Assembly (NCBI GenBank): GCA_041639835.1
Contig: JBEQBL010000001.1
Location: 1-30,979 of the forward strand
Origin: Salinarchaeum sp.
Lineage (GTDB): Archaea; Halobacteriota; Halobacteria; Halobacteriales; Salinarchaeaceae
Length of the DNA stretch: 30,979 bases
Direction of reading: 5' to 3'
The notes beneath the pieces are model-generated. The model saw nothing but the letters and a program-made list of their open reading frames with translations. It was not told the DNA's origin and ran no database searches. Of the stretch, positions 27,034 through 30,979 are shown piece after piece. The position numbers were made by a program, and so were the translations under genes. Position 1 is the stretch's first letter. Each line of letters opens with the position of its first letter.

Positions 27034-27227
27034 TGCTCGGGGTTCACACCACACTGGCTGGAATCCTGCATAACATTTGTCGGACGCTCAGCATCGACCT
27101 GCCAGACAACCGCATCGCGTCGGTCGACAGTACGGGCGATTTCAGTGAATCGGCGAACGATGCCCTCAGCCATCTTTGCATGATCTGTGGCTGCTGTCTG
27201 GTCGTGTGATTTCTCAGAGTCAGTCAT
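27030..27227 (-). CDS. Small hypothetical protein (65 aa)
   Basis: ATGA overlap with the HTH gene; no family recognised. Confidence 0.45.
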   Translation of the reverse strand: MTDSEKSHDQTAATDHAKMAEGIVRRFTEIARTVDRRDAVVWQVDAERPTNVMQDSSQCGVNPEQ

Positions 27228-27409
27228 GATAGCGTCTACACTATGGTAGGTCAGACCAAGGCATTAAATGGCAGTGTTTCGGTATTTTGGCCGCTACCGA
27301 TCATCCTGGGTCTGCTACTCATCTCGGATACTCGATGTTCATTCCACTCCGTCGGGTGCCGGGATGTTAGCGATACCTGCGGTATCCGGATGTTATCGAG
27401 CAACGGGCA

Positions 27410-28630
27410 TTAGACCCGTCGGAGGACCGTTGCAATTCCCTGTCCAAAGCCAATGCCCATTGTTGAAAGGGCATATGTCCCATGGCCACGATGTAACTCG
27501 TGTGCTAGCTTGCCGATCATCATCGCCCCTGTCGCACCAAGTGGATGGCCATGAGCAATCGCTCCGCCGAGTGTATTGACCCGTTCAATGGAAACTCCAG
27601 TTTCAACAAGCCACGCAGCAAGGACCGCTGCAAAGGCTTCATTGACCTCAAACAAGTCAATCTCAGCGAGATCGAGCTCCGTTGTTCCAAGGACCGACTC
27701 AGTTGCTGGGATTGGTCCTTTGCCCATGTCATTTGGATGGGTGCCGACAGTATCGGTCGCGATTATCTCTGCCATGGGCTCCCAGTTGTACTTCGCCGCG
27801 GTTCGACGCGTTGTGATAATCGTGGCCGCGGCCCCATCAACAATGCCTGAGGAGTTTCCGGCATGATGCACTCCATTGCCGGGATCACGAAACGCAAGCG
27901 GCAGTTCGCCAAGTGCCTCCACATCGGTTTCCGGACGTGGGTGCTCATCGGTCTCAAGATAAATATGCTCACCCTCAAGGGTCGTCTCAATGGGCACAAT
28001 CTGATCATCGTATCGGCCCATCTCCCAGGCCCGTTGCCAGCGTCGTTGAGAGCGAACCGCCAGTTGATCAAGTTCACGACGGGTAAAACCATACTCAGCC
28101 GCCAGTCGCTCAGCTGCCTCGCCTTGCTCGATGATTTCATCATAGTGGTTGAAATATGTCTCTGACACGGCATGCCGATCAAGATAGCCATCCTTGGCGG
28201 CTCCATCCGAGCCCATCGGGACACGGGTCATATGTTCCACCCCTCCAGCGATCACGATATCAGCCTCCCCGGCTGCAACTGTTCGGGTGGCCATCGCAAC
28301 AGCTTCCTGACCAGCACCACAGAGCCGATTGACGTGCACTCCGGGGACATGATCACCAAGTCCGGCGGTGAGTGCCGCCAACCGACCAATATTAAGCCCT
28401 TGATCGTCGACCGGGGTGACACAACCGTAGATCACATCATCGATATCCCGTGGTCTAAGCCCATTTCGCTCCGCAAGTGCCTGGAGGGGTATCGCAGCAA
28501 GATCCTGTGCATGTAACTCGCGTAAGCTTCCCTCAAAGGCACCAAATGGTGTTCGTGCTGCATCAACGATCACCGGCTGTCGAGGCATGCCATCCGACAC
28601 TGCCGTGTTTGCTGCCGTATGTTCTGACAT
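27410..28630 (-). CDS. Thiolase-family protein with a non-canonical C-terminal catalytic motif
   Basis: RTPFG, NRLCGAG (nucleophile Cys), NEAF and GHPLGATG are present. The C-terminal motif reads TMGIGFGQG instead of TMCIGxGQG. Confidence 0.88.
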   Translation of the reverse strand: MSEHTAANTAVSDGMPRQPVIVDAARTPFGAFEGSLRELHAQDLAAIPLQALAERNGLRPRDIDDVIYGCVTPVDDQGLNIGRLAALTAGLGDHVPGVHVNRLCGAGQEAVAMATRTVAAGEADIVIAGGVEHMTRVPMGSDGAAKDGYLDRHAVSETYFNHYDEIIEQGEAAERLAAEYGFTRRELDQLAVRSQRRWQRAWEMGRYDDQIVPIETTLEGEHIYLETDEHPRPETDVEALGELPLAFRDPGNGVHHAGNSSGIVDGAAATIITTRRTAAKYNWEPMAEIIATDTVGTHPNDMGKGPIPATESVLGTTELDLAEIDLFEVNEAFAAVLAAWLVETGVSIERVNTLGGAIAHGHPLGATGAMMIGKLAHELHRGHGTYALSTMGIGFGQGIATVLRRV

Positions 28631-28632
28631 GC

Positions 28633-29505
28633 TTATCGTCCTGTTGTCCCATCCGGGATTGCAAGCGGGGTTGGAACGCCCTTTGCCGTGATTGTTTCAC
28701 CAGTCATAAACGACGATGCCGGACTCGCAAGAAACTGCGCGATATCAGCGATCTCTGCTGGAGTGCCAATTCGCCGGTTGGGATCGGTTCGATCAAGATC
28801 CACAGTCACATCCATAACCTGCTCAATCCCGGGCGTGTCAACAAATCCCGGTGAGATACAGTTGACTCGAACCCCGCGCTCAGACCACTCCGTCGCCAAA
28901 CTGGTTGTGAGATTCATCACTCCAGCCTTGGCGGCGCCATAGGGGCTGATATATTCCGCTCCTACCTCGCCTGCTAGACTCGCGATGTTAATTACCGACC
29001 CCCCACCGGCGGCAAGGGACTCAGCGGCGGCCTGCGTTGGATGAAACACCCCATCAAGATTAATTTCAACAAGTGTTCGCCAGCCCTTGTAACTGAGATC
29101 CTCAAAGGCCTCTTGGAACATGCCACCAACATTGTTGACAAGCACATCAAGCCCGCCAAATTCGTCCATTGCGGTTGCAACCACACGGTCAACGGCTTCG
29201 CGGTTTCGAACATCACATTCGACGGCTACAGCGGTCCCCGGCGACTCGGTAGTGTTGATCGTCTCCGCAACCGGATCAATTCGATCTGCCGCTCGAGAAC
29301 AGATAACAACGTCAGCGCCTGCTGCAGTAAACCGTTCAGCGATTGTCCGGCCGATGCCACGTGAGGCACCGGTGATGATAGCGGTTTTACCGGCAATGCC
29401 AAACCGCTGGGCAGTTACACTCTCCGTGGATGGTGTGTTCTTGTGGTGGGGATGGTTCTCGGTCGATCCAAATGTCGTATCGTGGTGATCGCTCTCTGAG
29501 TTCAT
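28633..29505 (-). CDS. SDR family NAD(P)-dependent oxidoreductase (FabG-like)
   Basis: TGASRGIG, NNVGG, YGAAK (YxxxK), VNCISPG. Confidence 0.92.
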   Translation of the reverse strand: MNSESDHHDTTFGSTENHPHHKNTPSTESVTAQRFGIAGKTAIITGASRGIGRTIAERFTAAGADVVICSRAADRIDPVAETINTTESPGTAVAVECDVRNREAVDRVVATAMDEFGGLDVLVNNVGGMFQEAFEDLSYKGWRTLVEINLDGVFHPTQAAAESLAAGGGSVINIASLAGEVGAEYISPYGAAKAGVMNLTTSLATEWSERGVRVNCISPGFVDTPGIEQVMDVTVDLDRTDPNRRIGTPAEIADIAQFLASPASSFMTGETITAKGVPTPLAIPDGTTGR

Positions 29506-29587
29506 GACTCTCGATGCGAGACTGCTGATCTGAGTGAATTACACAACTAGTGTTGTAAAGTACTGGTGCCACGTGATGGGATGCGAG

Positions 29588-30169
29588 TCAGATGAGTAAC
29601 TGAATATCGGCATCAGCCATCTCATCAATGGCAGCGGCTGCGCCAACGCCGGTGGTGACCCCATCATAGAAGTCATCGTCCGCATATCCCATCAACTCCT
29701 GTGTCATCTGACAGGCCTGTATTTCTACGCCAGCCTCAAGACAGGTATCAACCAGTTCATTCACACTTGCCGTTCCGACATCGTCGATCTGCCGGTTCAT
29801 CATCCATGTGGTCATCCGATCCATCCCCGGCAGGATGGCGATGATATTGGGGACCGGCATGGCTGGCTGTCCGGTTGAACTCATTTTGAGATTATCCATT
29901 TTCTCTTCGTGCAAGATATCAAGCGCCCAGAACGTGTGAAAAAGCGTTACGTTCCAGCCAAAGGCTGCCGCCGTCGATGCGAGAATCAGTGGGGGATAGG
30001 CCATATCAAGGGTCCCCTTGGTCGCGATAATCGACATCTTTGATACATCGTTGTCGACGGTCTCCCGCAAGTCGGCAACCTCTTCACGGAGTTGCTTGAC
30101 CTCCGCCTCAAGATCGGCGATTTGCTGGGGACTGTACTCCGGGTCAGGGGTGGCTGTCTCTGAACTCAT
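29588..30169 (-). CDS. dsrE2: DsrE2-like sulfur-relay protein with N-terminal coiled coil
   Basis: TKGTLDMAYPPLILASTAAA, FHTFWAL, ACQMT (conserved Cys). Start trimmed to ATG 30169. Confidence 0.82.
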   Translation of the reverse strand: MSSETATPDPEYSPQQIADLEAEVKQLREEVADLRETVDNDVSKMSIIATKGTLDMAYPPLILASTAAAFGWNVTLFHTFWALDILHEEKMDNLKMSSTGQPAMPVPNIIAILPGMDRMTTWMMNRQIDDVGTASVNELVDTCLEAGVEIQACQMTQELMGYADDDFYDGVTTGVGAAAAIDEMADADIQLLI

Positions 30170-30368
30170 CGTTGGATGCGCTACCGGAGCGAGATTGACA
30201 TGACTCGCCCTGCAGTGTACCCTATCACCCACATACCAACGGTAAAAAGTTTGTGACATGAGAACATTTCTGGGGGTACCGGCTACCAAATCACCCGTCT
30301 AAGCCGGCGGAACCTCCGGTCGACGAAAGCTTGATTAGGGTTTGTGATTGTTAGACATGTGACGTACG

Positions 30369-30611
30369 ATGTCAGTTGAAGTCACAGCCGACCGTACGCT
30401 TGATGCAACCGGACTGACCTGTCCGATGCCCGTTGTACAGACAAAATCGGAGCTGGATGAGCTTAAAGACGGTGAGGTACTTGAGATTCTTGCAACAGAC
30501 CCCGGTGCTGAGGAGGATATTCCGGCGTTAGCATCCCGGACCGGAAATGAGTTTCTCGGTGTTGAAGATCGTGATGAGACATTGGCCTTGTACCTCCGAC
30601 GTACCGACTGA
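30369..30611 (+). CDS. tusA: TusA family sulfurtransferase
   Basis: LDATGLTCPMP (CPxP motif), LEILATDPG..EDI, 80 aa. Confidence 0.92.
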   Translation: MSVEVTADRTLDATGLTCPMPVVQTKSELDELKDGEVLEILATDPGAEEDIPALASRTGNEFLGVEDRDETLALYLRRTD

Positions 30612-30680
30612 GGCGTTGCTAGGGGACGGTTATGCGCTTATCAGCAATGAAGAGCTGTTAATCAGTACGTCCTGACAACC

Positions 30681-30698
30681 GGACACTACGCTGTGTCC
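30681..30698. terminator. Hairpin between convergent tusA and etfA (GGACAC-TACGCT-GTGTCC)
   Basis: 6-bp inverted repeat just past the etfA stop. No strong T-tract, so function is uncertain. Confidence 0.25.
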
Positions 30699-30700
30699 AG

Positions 30701-30979
30701 TCAGACCTTTTCTTGCATCGCCGGCAGCACCTCGAAGAGGTCATGCGGGATGCCATAGTCGGCATAGTCGAAAATCGGTGCCTCGGCGTCGTTGTTGATT
30801 GCGACGATCGTCTCCGCATCCTCCATTCCTTCAAGATGCTCCGGTGCGCCACTGATGCCAGCCGCAATATACAGTTCCGGATCGACCTTCTGTCCAGATT
30901 TACCGACCTGCCGACTCTTCGGCAACCAGCCGTTGTCGATCAGAGGCCGGGACATTGCAAGTTCTACGCCGATTGACTC
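30701..30979 (-). CDS. etfA: Electron transfer flavoprotein alpha subunit, 3' end (truncated by window edge)
   Basis: SRPLID.GW, RQVGKSGQKV.P.LYIA.GISGA..H..GM, AINND.EAPIF FAD-binding motifs. Confidence 0.93.
   Translation of the reverse strand, partial: ESIGVELAMSRPLIDNGWLPKSRQVGKSGQKVDPELYIAAGISGAPEHLEGMEDAETIVAINNDAEAPIFDYADYGIPHDLFEVLPAMQEKV

Noticed and set aside
27372-27386. GATACC-TGC-GGTATC hairpin downstream of the thiolase
   Set aside because: Short stem without a T-tract, so it cannot be called a terminator.
1-30979. CRISPR array, tRNA/rRNA, IS element or integrase
   Set aside because: No regularly spaced repeats, cloverleaf-like segments or transposase/integrase motifs were seen.

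Overview
Haloarchaeal DNA: acidic proteins, RdfA-family and CPxCG proteins, and archaeal TATA promoters. Spot counts give about mid-50s % GC. From left to right the window holds five blocks. (1) A ferrous-iron uptake operon (feoA, split feoB, membrane protein, feoC-like) behind two DtxR-type operator boxes. (2) A surface protein, an RdfA-family protein and an ArsR-like regulator around an AT-rich patch. (3) A pstSCAB-like ABC transporter and a dsrEFH/tusDCB-like sulfur-transferase trio, whose promoters share an identically spaced 19-bp palindrome. (4) A Tat-less molybdopterin oxidoreductase with a fused 4Fe-4S/NrfD partner. (5) A sulfur-oxidizer-type heterodisulfide-reductase-like cluster (shdrC1-B1-A-H plus a C2/B2 fusion, the 'type II' layout), with an ETF:menaquinone oxidoreductase-like protein, lipoate ligase, AhpD-like protein, HTH protein, a thiolase lacking its second catalytic Cys, an SDR, DsrE2, TusA and the 3' end of etfA. 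The main candidate system is a cytoplasmic sulfur-dissimilation island (sulfur relay, sHdr, Soe-like Mo enzyme, ETF/EMO to quinone) in a haloarchaeon. Its direction (oxidative or reductive) and its novelty cannot be settled from sequence alone. No rRNA, tRNA, CRISPR or IS element was recognised. All family calls come from motif recognition, not database searches.
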